From Chromatiales bacterium (GTDB lineage Bacteria > Pseudomonadota > Gammaproteobacteria > UBA6429 > Thiohalophilaceae), in contig JALTLP010000374.1 in NCBI GenBank assembly GCA_027001895.1, positions 1 through 31,373 of the forward strand: a stretch of 31,373 nt of DNA, written 5' to 3'. The notes beneath the pieces are model-generated. The model searched no databases and had not been told where the DNA came from. It worked only from the letters and a program-made list of their open reading frames with translations. Numbering within the stretch: position 1 is the first letter of the stretch; each line of letters starts with the position of its first letter. The position numbers and the translations under genes were made by a program. Positions 17,537 to 27,541 of the stretch are shown piece by piece.

Positions 17537-18712
17537 TTACTTGTGATTATATTTTAGCTTGCCCCAGACAATGCTGAATAACACAACAACAAGTAATGGC
17601 AGCACACCAATATTGACAAACCGCCAGCCAAAATTATGCTGTAGTGCGCCGGCAGACAGTGAAGATATTGCCACGGTCGAAAAGATTAGAAAGTCATTCA
17701 GTGCCTGGGTTTTGCTACGTTCAACGGCATGGTAGGTTTCTGTAATTAAGGTTGTTGCACCGATAAACAGGAAGTTCCAGCCTATACCCAGGAATACCAG
17801 GGCTGCCCAGTAATGGTTGACGGTCGTACCATTGAGGTTAACGAAAACACAGGCAAAACCAAACAGGGCGCCGGTAAGTAATATATTGTAAACTCCGAAG
17901 CGTTTAATCAAATGCCCGGTAAAAAATGACGGTGCAAACATACCCAGTGTATGCCACTGGATAACAAAAGAGGTATCACCAAAACTATGCTGATGGTGCA
18001 TGGCAAGCGGGGTGGCTGTCATAACAAAAGACATAATACCGTAGCCCAGCATTCCACAGATAATACCTATAATAAATTTTGGCTGGGTTGCAATAACTTT
18101 TAACGGGCGGGGTTCGATACCTTCATCTTTGATAGCGGCAACGGTATCCGGTAGTTTCAGAAAACTTAGTGTAATGGCTATGAGCAGGTATATAATGATT
18201 ATAGACGCATAGCTTCCAGCAAACATGGCAGAGGCGATGGACTCATGGGTATAGTTTGCCAGGTTTGGTCCAACAACAGCAGCAACCACACCGCCAAGCA
18301 ATACATAGGAGATTGCTTTACTCTTTTTATCTTTTTCAACGGAGTCGGCAGCAACAAACCTGAAGTAGTTACCAAAACCGTTAAAAATACCAACCATCAT
18401 TGTACCGAGCACAAACACCCAGAAAAGATTATTTATTATCGCAAATGTTGCCAGTGAGCCGCCGGTAATACCAAATAAGGTTGCCGTTAGAAAAGCCTGT
18501 TTACGACCAATTTTTTTCATCAGCATGGCAGCGGGTATGCTTGTTAACATAACCGCAATAAATAATACAGATAGAGGCAGGGTTGATAGTGATTTGTCAG
18601 GTGCAATCATTGAACCGGTTAATGCAACGGTTGTGATGATAAGGCTCATGCTGCTCATCATCAGTGCCTGACTAACTGCGAGAAGAGGAACGTTGCGTTT
18701 AAATGAATTCAT
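17537..18712 (-). CDS. MFS transporter, RfnT-like family
   Basis: 391 aa, about 12 TM segments, motifs MLMKKIGRK, YFRFVAAD, AISYVLLGGVVAAVVGP, IQWHTLGMFAPSFFTG.L, GWNFLFIGAT resembling the RfnT group. Substrate not established. Confidence 0.8.
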   Translation of the reverse strand: MNSFKRNVPLLAVSQALMMSSMSLIITTVALTGSMIAPDKSLSTLPLSVLFIAVMLTSIPAAMLMKKIGRKQAFLTATLFGITGGSLATFAIINNLFWVFVLGTMMVGIFNGFGNYFRFVAADSVEKDKKSKAISYVLLGGVVAAVVGPNLANYTHESIASAMFAGSYASIIIIYLLIAITLSFLKLPDTVAAIKDEGIEPRPLKVIATQPKFIIGIICGMLGYGIMSFVMTATPLAMHHQHSFGDTSFVIQWHTLGMFAPSFFTGHLIKRFGVYNILLTGALFGFACVFVNLNGTTVNHYWAALVFLGIGWNFLFIGATTLITETYHAVERSKTQALNDFLIFSTVAISSLSAGALQHNFGWRFVNIGVLPLLVVVLFSIVWGKLKYNHK

Positions 18713-18909
18713 TTTAGTATCACCGGATATTTTTATTATTAAGATTTAAAACATTGTAACTTAATGCGTTACTGAACTAAACAAGCCAGCATGCGCCATT
18801 TTTTAAAAATTTGCACTGGTTAAATATTAACCACTCTTGTTTAGAGTATATAAAATTCGCAAAAAACGTTTCGTCTTTATGGTTTTGGTTTCAAACTGCA
18901 AAGTTTATT

Positions 18910-18927
18910 TAAGATTAAGCAATCTTA
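18910..18927. promoter_or_regulatory. Perfect 7-4-7 inverted repeat, candidate transcription-factor site
   Basis: TAAGATT-aagc-AATCTTA in the AT-rich region between the divergent MFS and radical SAM genes. Confidence 0.35.
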
Positions 18928-19134
18928 CTTAAAACTAAAACTTATTTTTATCTGGAATTAGACTATAGTTGTAGTACAGTTCACAATTATAAGAAAAGCT
19001 GCAAAATATAATTACAAAAACCATTATTCTATTTTAAAGACCAAATGTGTTCAGAAGTAATAGATTAATTAGAGACTCTGGTGCTACTGCGTAGCACCGG
19101 TTTATAACAGTTGTTTATTAATAAGGAGTTGTTA

Positions 19135-20676
19135 ATGAGTACTGATTCCAACACGCTAGATAAAAAAAAGAAGAAACAGCAAAAGTCTGAATTTAATCCA
19201 AATCTGTCGAACCAGTATCTTGACCGGCTTAATCTGGACATTCAGCCCCGTGAAGACGACGATTCTATTGCTGACGACCTTGATGATTCTTATTCTGGCT
19301 TAAGTGAGCGTATCGAAAACTGTATGGCCATGACAATGGAAGCCTTTCCCTGTTTTGACTTTCAGTATCCATCGGCGGCACTTTCCCGTAAACCTACTTT
19401 TGAACACCAGTATGAAATTCTCTGGTCAAAATATAATGTGCATCAGGACGCGGCTGCGCTTTATGTACATATTCCTTTTTGCCGTTCAAAATGTTCATTT
19501 TGCTACTTTACTGTTGCGGCAAACCGGGGTGAAGATGAAATTGATGTTTACTTAAATGCGCTCGAAACTGAAATTCAGCGTATATCTCCGCATGTGCAGG
19601 ACCGAAAGATAGAATCTGTTTATATCGGTGGTGGTACGCCCACTTATTTAAGTGCGCGCCAGTTAGAACGATTGTTTAAAATGCTATACAAGTATTACAA
19701 CCTTGATAATGTTAAGGAATGGTCGATAGAAAGTACCCCTACACTCGCCACTGAAGATAAAATAAAAATAATGAAACAATACGGCGTTAACCGTTTCAGT
19801 TTGGGTATTCAAACAACGCACGATCATATTCTTAAAAACCTTAACCGTTCTTTTGAACGCAAAGATATTGAAAATGTAATCGAGTTGTCACGTAAAATTG
19901 GTATAGACAATATTAATCTTGACTTTATGTACGCTTTGCCGGGGCAGTCGATGGATGACTGGCACAGTACCCTGACGAATGCGATTGCTCAGGATATTCC
20001 CGGGCTGACTGTTTATTCACTGGATTTACACGAGAGTACTCAGTTTTTCAGGAAGAAAGATGAGCTGAGTTTACCTGATCTGCAAATGCAGTTAAAAATG
20101 TACGATGATGCTATCGAGATATTTGATAAAAACGGTTACAAAAAAATAAATAATAATATTTTTGCAAAAGAAAAATCCATGTACATACATCAGAACCGGC
20201 GTTGGGAAAACCTGCCATTAATTGCTGTTGGTGCAGGCGGTCAGTCGTATTCACCAGGTTATGCCTACAGAAATATTCCAACACTTAAAATATATATGGA
20301 TGCAATTAAGAATAATGAATCTATCTTGCATAAATATACGCCGGTCGTGGACGGTCAGGAATTTTATCGTGAAGGGGTTTCGATGATTCGCTTTGCGCAA
20401 CTTGATAAAGCGGCATTTGAAGGTCGCTATGGTTCACCTTTTAAGGAACGCTTTGAATTTCTGATTGATACATTGATAGAACTTGATTATATGGAAGAAA
20501 CCAAAGATGAGCTGCGCTTAACAAAACGTGGACTGCATCGCTCCAACATGATCAGTATGTTTTTCTATTGTGACGATGTTAAGAAAAAACTGGTCGACCA
20601 TCTGTACGTTGCGCATGCTCCGCAAATGCAGGCATTGCGTTCGGTTGGTTTAACTGAACAACGTAACTTACGTTAG
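19135..20676 (+). CDS. HemN-like (class C) radical SAM enzyme with N-terminal extension; function unassigned
   Basis: YVHIPFCRSKCSFCYF (CxxxCxxC), YIGGGTPT, RFSLGIQ, NLDFMYALPGQ, plus a HemN-type C-terminal region. Start moved to ATG 19135 because AAGGAG lies at 19123-19128. Confidence 0.85.
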   Translation: MSTDSNTLDKKKKKQQKSEFNPNLSNQYLDRLNLDIQPREDDDSIADDLDDSYSGLSERIENCMAMTMEAFPCFDFQYPSAALSRKPTFEHQYEILWSKYNVHQDAAALYVHIPFCRSKCSFCYFTVAANRGEDEIDVYLNALETEIQRISPHVQDRKIESVYIGGGTPTYLSARQLERLFKMLYKYYNLDNVKEWSIESTPTLATEDKIKIMKQYGVNRFSLGIQTTHDHILKNLNRSFERKDIENVIELSRKIGIDNINLDFMYALPGQSMDDWHSTLTNAIAQDIPGLTVYSLDLHESTQFFRKKDELSLPDLQMQLKMYDDAIEIFDKNGYKKINNNIFAKEKSMYIHQNRRWENLPLIAVGAGGQSYSPGYAYRNIPTLKIYMDAIKNNESILHKYTPVVDGQEFYREGVSMIRFAQLDKAAFEGRYGSPFKERFEFLIDTLIELDYMEETKDELRLTKRGLHRSNMISMFFYCDDVKKKLVDHLYVAHAPQMQALRSVGLTEQRNLR

Positions 20677-20681
20677 CGGAA

Positions 20682-21395
20682 TTAACTTTGTATAAAATTA
20701 ATAATCCAGTCTCTTTGTAGTTCATGGTCATCCGATTGCAGCAGAGATGCACGGGCACTTTTGCGTTGTTCTTTAGCAAGGTTTTTTGATTCGAGCTTTA
20801 TAATAAGCCTGACATAGTTTTTGCTGAATTCAGGGTGCCCCTGGAAAGTTAATATATGCTGGTCTACACAGAAGCCGGAATAAGGACTCAGGTTTGTCTC
20901 TGCAAAATTAACAGCATTTTCAGGCAAACGGGTAACATGATCCTGGTGGCTTACAAGGCTGAAGATAAAGTCCCGCTGTGGCTGCATCCAGCTAAATGCC
21001 TCGGTGATGTGAGTGGCAGTTATTCCGATTTCCCAACCTTTGGGATTTTTTTCAACACGGCCACCAAGTGCCTGCGCAATTAACTGATGGCCGAAACAAA
21101 TTCCGATTAGTTTCTTTCTGTGGTCATGCAACCTGACAATAAAGTGCTGCAATTGCTGTATCCATTCAATATCATCGTAGGTGCTATATTGACTGCCGGT
21201 AATAATATAACAGTCACACTCGTCGATTGTTTCAGGATATTGCATATCAAAAACGTTGTAACTGTTAAATGAAACACTGTTTTTATAACTTTGTTGCAGT
21301 GGAGACAGCAGTTCAATAAATTTGTCGGTATAACAACCATACCTGCGAATGATGGCCGGGCTTAAAGGGTCGGCATCTAATATTCCAATTTTCAT
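20682..21395 (-). CDS. Class I glutamine amidotransferase-like protein
   Basis: IITGSQYS, nucleophile elbow GICFGHQL, SHQDHV, FQGHPEF (Cys-His-Glu triad). Start set at MKIGIL (21395); the longer ORF overlaps pilZ. Confidence 0.88.
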   Translation of the reverse strand: MKIGILDADPLSPAIIRRYGCYTDKFIELLSPLQQSYKNSVSFNSYNVFDMQYPETIDECDCYIITGSQYSTYDDIEWIQQLQHFIVRLHDHRKKLIGICFGHQLIAQALGGRVEKNPKGWEIGITATHITEAFSWMQPQRDFIFSLVSHQDHVTRLPENAVNFAETNLSPYSGFCVDQHILTFQGHPEFSKNYVRLIIKLESKNLAKEQRKSARASLLQSDDHELQRDWIINFIQS

Positions 21396-21482
21396 GTTTA
21401 AGGCCGGCTTTTTATTGTGAGTAATTTTATTTATGTTAAATTTGGCTATACTATCAGGAATTATAGCGAAAAAAGTTAAATT

Positions 21483-21752
21483 ATGAGTAATAAACGCAAA
21501 CATCCTCGCTTACCTTTACCAATGCAGGTTGAGGTGAGTGTAGAAAACCAGCAGCCGGTAATTATGAAAACCCGTGACATGAGTGATGGCGGCGTTTTTC
21601 TTGAAGAAAACAAAAATATTATTCTGCAAATGGGGGTTAAGCTAACTTTAAAAGTGATTGAAAGTGTTCAGGGTGATGAGCCGCCCGAAATTTCGGCAAC
21701 CGTTGTGCGTGTTGCCGAAGACGGTGTGGCGGTGCAGTTTGACTTTGACTAG
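21483..21752 (+). CDS. Stand-alone PilZ-domain protein
   Basis: 89 aa with RKHPR (RxxxR) and DMSDGG (D/NxSxxG) c-di-GMP-binding motifs. Confidence 0.88.
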   Translation: MSNKRKHPRLPLPMQVEVSVENQQPVIMKTRDMSDGGVFLEENKNIILQMGVKLTLKVIESVQGDEPPEISATVVRVAEDGVAVQFDFD

Positions 21753-21777
21753 GCCGGTCTGAATATTAGCAGAAATT

Positions 21778-22491
21778 TTATTCCTGTATTTCCTGCTCCA
21801 TCATTTCCAGACTGGTGTGGCGTACATTTTTTCCTTTTACCAGATAAATAATATATTCACATATATTCTTTGAATGGTCGCCAATACGTTCTATTGCACG
21901 TGCAATCCACATTACATCCAGCATACGGGTTATCATCCGTGGGTCTTCCATCATAAAGGTTAACGACTGGCGCATAATACCATCGTATTCCTGATCCAGA
22001 GATAAATCCTCTTTGGCGACACGCAATGCCGCTTCAGTATCGGTTCTTGCAAAGGCATCCAGCGTGTCGTGCATCATGCGGGCAACGTGTTCACCCAGGT
22101 TTTGTATTTCGTGGTAACCATTTTTGGGGCGTTCCTGTTCCGACAAACGTAAACCCATGCGTGCAATACGCTCGGCCTGATCACCAATACGTTCAAGATC
22201 GGTAATGGTTTTAATAACTGCAACCACCAGCCGCAGATCCGACGCGGTTGGCTGACGTCGCGCCAGTATCTGGCTGCATTCTTCATCAATTTTTACTTCG
22301 GCAGCGTTTACTTTAACATCGCGCTGGACAACAGCGTGTGCAAGTTCGGTATCGTCATCGACAATCGACTTAATGGCATTATTAATCTGTTGTTCAACCA
22401 GCCCACCCATCTCAAGGACACGGTTACGAATTTCTTCCAGTTCAATATTAAATTGATGAGAAATATGTTGTCCAGCTTTTGGATTGTCCAT
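21778..22491 (-). CDS. phoU: Phosphate signalling protein PhoU
   Basis: HISHQFN.ELE, RRQPTASDLR, TDLERIGD, ERIGDHSKNICEYIIYLVKG. Confidence 0.97.
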   Translation of the reverse strand: MDNPKAGQHISHQFNIELEEIRNRVLEMGGLVEQQINNAIKSIVDDDTELAHAVVQRDVKVNAAEVKIDEECSQILARRQPTASDLRLVVAVIKTITDLERIGDQAERIARMGLRLSEQERPKNGYHEIQNLGEHVARMMHDTLDAFARTDTEAALRVAKEDLSLDQEYDGIMRQSLTFMMEDPRMITRMLDVMWIARAIERIGDHSKNICEYIIYLVKGKNVRHTSLEMMEQEIQE

Positions 22492-22515
22492 CTTTTAGTC
22501 TCCAGTTTATCTTTA

Positions 22516-23358
22516 TTAGCCGTAACGACCAGTTATATAGTCTTCGGTCTGTTTCATCGACGGGTTGGTAAATATATTATTGGTATCATCGAACTCTATC
22601 AGTTTACCCATATATAAAAACGCCGTATAGTCTGAAACACGAGCTGCCTGTTGCATATTATGAGTAACGATAACAATGGTGTAATTTTCTTTCAATTCGT
22701 GAATCAGTTCTTCTATTTTCAGGGTAGAAATCGGGTCGAGTGCAGAAGCGGGTTCATCAAGCAGTAGTACTTCCGGCTCTATTGCGATAGCGCGGGCAAT
22801 AACAAGACGCTGTTGCTGACCACCGGACAGGCCAAGTGCGCTGTCATGCAGACGATCTTTTACTTCATCCCAGAGAGCCGCCCCCTTTAAAGATTTTTCA
22901 ACGATTTCATCAGTGCGGCGGCGATTTTTTTCGCCCTGTAACCGTAGACCGTAAGCGACATTTTCATAAATAGATTTTGGAAACGGGTTGGGTTTCTGGA
23001 AAACCATACCTATTTTCTGACGCAGGTCTGCTACGTTAACACCCCTGGCATAAATATCCTCGTCATGCAGATGAATATTGCCTTCAATACGGCAGTTATC
23101 CACCAGATCATTCATCCGGTTAAAGCAACGCAGCAAGGTCGACTTGCCGCAACCACTTGGGCCGATAAATGCCGATACACGTTTTTCAGGAATACTCAGA
23201 TTAATATCGTACAGGGCCTGCTTCTGGTCGTAATACAGGCTCAGATCGTTAACTGTCAGGCATGGTTTTTCCTGCGCAAGTTTATCGCTATTATCATTAA
23301 CCGATTCAATATCTTTTTTTGCGGTGATAATGCTTTGTGTATAGTTTGTGTCTGACAT
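22516..23358 (-). CDS. pstB: Phosphate ABC transporter ATPase PstB
   Basis: [65 protein letters not shown]. Confidence 0.97.
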   Translation of the reverse strand: MSDTNYTQSIITAKKDIESVNDNSDKLAQEKPCLTVNDLSLYYDQKQALYDINLSIPEKRVSAFIGPSGCGKSTLLRCFNRMNDLVDNCRIEGNIHLHDEDIYARGVNVADLRQKIGMVFQKPNPFPKSIYENVAYGLRLQGEKNRRRTDEIVEKSLKGAALWDEVKDRLHDSALGLSGGQQQRLVIARAIAIEPEVLLLDEPASALDPISTLKIEELIHELKENYTIVIVTHNMQQAARVSDYTAFLYMGKLIEFDDTNNIFTNPSMKQTEDYITGRYG

Positions 23359-23385
23359 AATATTTCCAGTCGATGTGTTTAACGA

Positions 23386-25038
23386 TTAAGAATCGAGGTG
23401 ACGATATTTTTCACGCAAGTGGTTACGTATCCAGATTGCCGATAAGTTAAGGATAACAATAACAAGCACCAGCAAAAACGAAGTTGCATAAACCAGTGGA
23501 CGGGCAGCTTCTACGTTGGGGCTTTGGAAGCCAACATCGTAAATATGAAAGCCGAGGTGCATAAATTTTCTCTCCAGATGCAGGAAGGGTAGACTGCCAT
23601 CCAGCGGTAATGATGGTGCAAGCTTGACTACACCCACCAGCATTAAAGGGGCGACCTCACCAGCAGCACGTGCGATGGCCAGTATCATGCCGGTCATCAT
23701 TGCCGGCGTTGCCATTGGGATAATAATGCGCCATAACGTTTCAGCCTTGGTCGCGCCCAGTGCCAGGCTGCCTTCTCGTAATGCTTTAGGTATGCGCGAC
23801 AAACCTTCTTCGGTGGCCACAATGACAACCGGTACAGTTAATATCGCAAGCGTTAGAGACGACCACAACAAACCAGGTGTACCAAAGGTAGGGGCAGGCA
23901 GGGCTTCGGGATAAAAGATTTGATCAATCTCGCTGCCGATAAAATAAATAAAGAAGCCCAGGCCAAAAATACCATACACAATAGAAGGAACACCGGCCAG
24001 ATTATTAACGGCTATACGAATAAGCCGGGTTACAAATCCCTGCTTTGCATATTCGCGCAGGTAGATAGCTGTTATAACACCGCATGGCGTGACCAGAATC
24101 GCCATCAGGATAACCATCAGTACAGTCCCGAATATAGCCGGGAAAATACCGCCTTCGGTATTGGCTTCGCGTGGCTCGTCAAAAACAAACTCAGCTAATC
24201 GAGAAAAGTAAATACTGATTTTCTGAAAGACATTAAGCCGGTTAGGCTGGTAGGCGCGTACTATTTTGGCTAATGGGATGGTAACAGTTTGACCACTCAT
24301 TATTTTTGCAGAAACAGTATAGGTTGTTGCTTCGGCGTAGAGTTTAACCAGTGCATTTTTCTGCTGGTTATATAAGTCATTAAGGGCGCGTTTTTCACTT
24401 TCGATAAGCTTGTAAGCTGATTTGTCTGTTACACCATCCAGTTCGAGTCGGCGCTTCTTTAAACGAAGTTGTTCCAGCTCGTAGTTAATACCGCCAATTT
24501 CATGTTTTTCAATATCACGAATCTTGTCATGTAGCTGGTTTGCTTCGTCAATCAGTTGTTCAAGTTGTTGCCATAAAGGTTTGTTAGTTTTTAGTGGTTG
24601 GCCATTTTTAGAGATGCCTAGCAGGTAGCCATAAAAATTCCCCCACTCACGACGCTCAATGACGGTGAGTTCTTCAGGATAGATTATGCTTGTGTTTTCA
24701 GGAAAAATAACCCAACGGAAATCACTGCCCAATACATCGCGGTTGCCAACCTTAATTAAAGACCGCTCAATAACTTCTTTATCGGTTTTAATATCGATGC
24801 CGGAATCAATTAATCGCTGTACTGGCACCTCTGAGGTATCAACAATTTCACCAACCAGGGTTGTTCTGCCAGTCTCATTAACCAGTTCAGCCTGTATTAT
24901 CTGCGCTGGCCAGAAATGACTTAAGCCTTTAACAGCAATAACCATTAACAGGCCAACGACAACAATAATACTGATACTGACAGCAGATGCATTCAGCCAG
25001 ATAAAAGGGTCGCCACTTTTAAACCATTTTTTAATCAT
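23386..25038 (-). CDS. pstA: Phosphate ABC transporter permease PstA (long form)
   Basis: 550 aa, PREANTEGGIFPAIFGT, NNLAGVPSIVYG, EGSLALGATK.ET, RAAGEVAPL, with a long N-terminal soluble/coiled-coil region. Confidence 0.95.
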   Translation of the reverse strand: MIKKWFKSGDPFIWLNASAVSISIIVVVGLLMVIAVKGLSHFWPAQIIQAELVNETGRTTLVGEIVDTSEVPVQRLIDSGIDIKTDKEVIERSLIKVGNRDVLGSDFRWVIFPENTSIIYPEELTVIERREWGNFYGYLLGISKNGQPLKTNKPLWQQLEQLIDEANQLHDKIRDIEKHEIGGINYELEQLRLKKRRLELDGVTDKSAYKLIESEKRALNDLYNQQKNALVKLYAEATTYTVSAKIMSGQTVTIPLAKIVRAYQPNRLNVFQKISIYFSRLAEFVFDEPREANTEGGIFPAIFGTVLMVILMAILVTPCGVITAIYLREYAKQGFVTRLIRIAVNNLAGVPSIVYGIFGLGFFIYFIGSEIDQIFYPEALPAPTFGTPGLLWSSLTLAILTVPVVIVATEEGLSRIPKALREGSLALGATKAETLWRIIIPMATPAMMTGMILAIARAAGEVAPLMLVGVVKLAPSLPLDGSLPFLHLERKFMHLGFHIYDVGFQSPNVEAARPLVYATSFLLVLVIVILNLSAIWIRNHLREKYRHLDS

Positions 25039-27293
25039 AATGAACTGTACTTGCTGCGTAAGCGTTGACGAATAAGTTCCGCTGCGGTGTTAAATACGAA
25101 GGTAAATAAAAATAATACCAGTGCGGCAAGGAACAAAATACGGTAGTGTGTGCTGGCCACTTCGGCTTCGGGCATTTCTACTGCGATATTGGCGGACAAA
25201 GTTCGCATGCCCTGGAATATACTTAAATCCATTACCGGGGTGTTTCCGGTTGCCATTAACACAATCATGGTTTCACCAACAGCGCGTCCCATACCGATCA
25301 TTATAGCCGAGAAGATACCGGGGCTGGCGGTTAAAATAACAACGCGGGTCAGTGTTTGCCACGGGGTTGCGCCCAGCGCCAGTGAACCAAAAGTTAAATG
25401 CTTGGGAACACTGAAGATAGCATCTTCGGCAATCGAGAAAATAGTCGGGATTACCGCAATGCCCATAGCAACACCGACCACAAGCGAGTTACGTTGATCA
25501 AAGTTAAGCCCAAGCGTTGCTTTTAACCAGTGTTTAATATCACCACCAAAGAATACAACTTCCATTTGTGTGCTCACAGATAATGATAACCAGGCTAAAA
25601 AGACAACAACCGGGATAAGCAAAGCTGCCTGCCAGCCTTCCGGTATCAGCAGGCGATATTTTTTTGGCAACTTTTGCCAGCCGAAGGCAAAAGCCAGGAT
25701 ACCGATGGGCATTATTAATAGTAAACTGAATACACCGACCAGATGCTCTTCCATAAAGGGGGCAAGCCACAGGCCGGCAAGAAAACCAAGTATAACCGTT
25801 GGCAGTGCTTCCATAATTTCAATGGTAGGCTTTACGAAGGTGCGCATTTTAGGTGCCATAAAGTAGGCGGTGTAAATCGCACCCATTAAAGCCAGTGGTA
25901 TGGCAAACAACATGGCATAAAAAGCCGCTTTAAGAGTACCAAAGGCCAGTGGCATAAAACTGTATTTTGGTTCAAAGTCATTATCTGCCGACGAAGACTG
26001 CCAGATATATTCTGGTTCTGAATAACTTTCATACCAGACTTTTTCCCATAATATTGACCATGACATTTCTGGGTGTTCGTTTTCAATATGCCACGCGCTA
26101 ATCTGTTGGTTACTTGCGGTTAATAACAGGTCGGCACGAGGAGATAAGGCTGCGTGTTGCAGGTTTGTGTTTGCCAGCATTACGCTGGCAACATCACGTT
26201 GCGCAGTTGCATTGAATATTGTTATTTGTCCTGCATCACTTACACTGATAAAACCTTTACGGCGTTGTTCGGTTTCAATATCGTTAATCGCACCCTGTTG
26301 CGGTTTAAATTTTCGAATAAAGGTTAACTGCGGAATATTATTTTTGTTTACCGGAAACCACTGGGCTATTTCACCTTCGTTATTACCCACCAGCAGGGAT
26401 ATGCCACCGGTTAAGAATGATAAATGGGTCAGTGTTTGTTGCGCTTTAAGCAGGTTAATGCTTTGTATCACTTTTATGTTTTCCAGGTCGCTGGTATCAA
26501 TAACCGTCGTCTGACCTTTAATAGTTGCTACATAAAGTGTGCGTTGCAACGGATCCATTAATACATAACGCGCATCCTGTATTTGTGGCAGGCTTATTTC
26601 TGACTGACTATACTCAGCACTGGACTGTTCATCTTCTTCATCAAGCAGGCCGGCTTCTTCTTTTTCAAGCAGTGACATAACCAGCCGGCCATCGTCAGTT
26701 ATTGCAACAATGCTAGCCTTGTCTTCGTCCTGTTGATAGCTGATATCCAGCAGGGCTTTTTTATTTTTATCGACAATAAGGGGCTGCTTTCCGGCAGGAA
26801 AAATAATTTCTGGCTCAATATGAATTTTGTCGTCAGGGTAACTTATTTTAAACTGGTGGCGAACAATAACTGCATGGCCATTGCTTAAACCGAAAGCAAC
26901 GGTATTATTCACCTGGGTGGACAGCTTAAAACTGCTGACGCTTGCCTTTGAATTAAATAATTTAACAGTTTTAATCTGTTTGCCATTTTGAGCATCGAAA
27001 AACACGGCGTAGCCCCGGTCGGTATATTGCACGGCAATCTTGTTTTGTTCTTCAATGGCGAGGTGCAGGGTATTGCCATATTCACTGCTCAGAGAATACT
27101 GGCTTGTTTTACTAACGCTGGCATCTTTAAACAGTGGGTATACGATATACAGCAGGTAAAAGAAAATAAGCATAATGGCAACAATGACACCAATACCACC
27201 GGCCGCCATATTAAAGGCGGTGAGTTTGTCTTTTAAGCTGCGGATCCGGGTACGCGAAAAGTGGGAAGCGGCAGTATCAGTGTTATTTTTCAT
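25035..27293 (-). CDS. pstC: Phosphate ABC transporter permease PstC (long form with large periplasmic domain)
   Basis: 752 aa, PLAFGTLKAA, KPTIEIMEALPTV, SLALGATPWQT, GRAVGETMIVLMATGN. Its stop overlaps the pstA start by 4 nt. Confidence 0.95.
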   Translation of the reverse strand: MKNNTDTAASHFSRTRIRSLKDKLTAFNMAAGGIGVIVAIMLIFFYLLYIVYPLFKDASVSKTSQYSLSSEYGNTLHLAIEEQNKIAVQYTDRGYAVFFDAQNGKQIKTVKLFNSKASVSSFKLSTQVNNTVAFGLSNGHAVIVRHQFKISYPDDKIHIEPEIIFPAGKQPLIVDKNKKALLDISYQQDEDKASIVAITDDGRLVMSLLEKEEAGLLDEEDEQSSAEYSQSEISLPQIQDARYVLMDPLQRTLYVATIKGQTTVIDTSDLENIKVIQSINLLKAQQTLTHLSFLTGGISLLVGNNEGEIAQWFPVNKNNIPQLTFIRKFKPQQGAINDIETEQRRKGFISVSDAGQITIFNATAQRDVASVMLANTNLQHAALSPRADLLLTASNQQISAWHIENEHPEMSWSILWEKVWYESYSEPEYIWQSSSADNDFEPKYSFMPLAFGTLKAAFYAMLFAIPLALMGAIYTAYFMAPKMRTFVKPTIEIMEALPTVILGFLAGLWLAPFMEEHLVGVFSLLLIMPIGILAFAFGWQKLPKKYRLLIPEGWQAALLIPVVVFLAWLSLSVSTQMEVVFFGGDIKHWLKATLGLNFDQRNSLVVGVAMGIAVIPTIFSIAEDAIFSVPKHLTFGSLALGATPWQTLTRVVILTASPGIFSAIMIGMGRAVGETMIVLMATGNTPVMDLSIFQGMRTLSANIAVEMPEAEVASTHYRILFLAALVLFLFTFVFNTAAELIRQRLRSKYSSL

Positions 27294-27299
27294 GCAGGC

Positions 27300-27333
27300 A
27301 GTTTAGTTGTTTTATATGACAGTTTTATGACAG
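27300..27333 (-). promoter_or_regulatory. Consensus Pho box and -10 for pstC
   Basis: CTGTCAT-AAAA-CTGTCAT (27333-27316), a 10-nt gap, then TAAACT (27305-27300). Confidence 0.85.
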
Positions 27334-27496
27334 CATGTTGTTAACTCGTATTATTAATCTATTTAAAAACAATGGCTTACATGGTTTTGTATGGGCCTGG
27401 TTATGTAATATTACAAATTGTAATATTTGCCACTCGCTGGAGCAGGAAAGTGGCTATCTGCATTGTTTATAAGTCGTGTACCACGGAAATAAGAAC

Positions 27497-27524
27497 AAAA
27501 AAAACCCCGGTTGAACCGGGGTTT
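27497..27524 (-). terminator. Intrinsic terminator after pstS
   Basis: AAACCCCGGTT/AACCGGGGTTT inverted repeat with an 8-nt U tract on the minus strand, 17 nt after the pstS stop. Confidence 0.85.
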
Positions 27525-27541
27525 AACGGAGGGATAAATTA

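Noticed and set aside
18885-18900. Sigma54-like TGGTTTCAAACTGCA upstream of the radical SAM gene
   Set aside because: GG-to-GC spacing is 9 nt, not the strictly required 10.
19135-20676. Calling the radical SAM gene hemN or hemW
   Set aside because: It lacks HemN RYTSYP and KHFQGY motifs and is much longer than HemW, with an N-terminal extension, so no symbol was assigned.
21396-21503. N-terminal extension of the amidotransferase ORF
   Set aside because: It overlaps the divergent pilZ start; family-like sequence begins at MKIGIL (21395).
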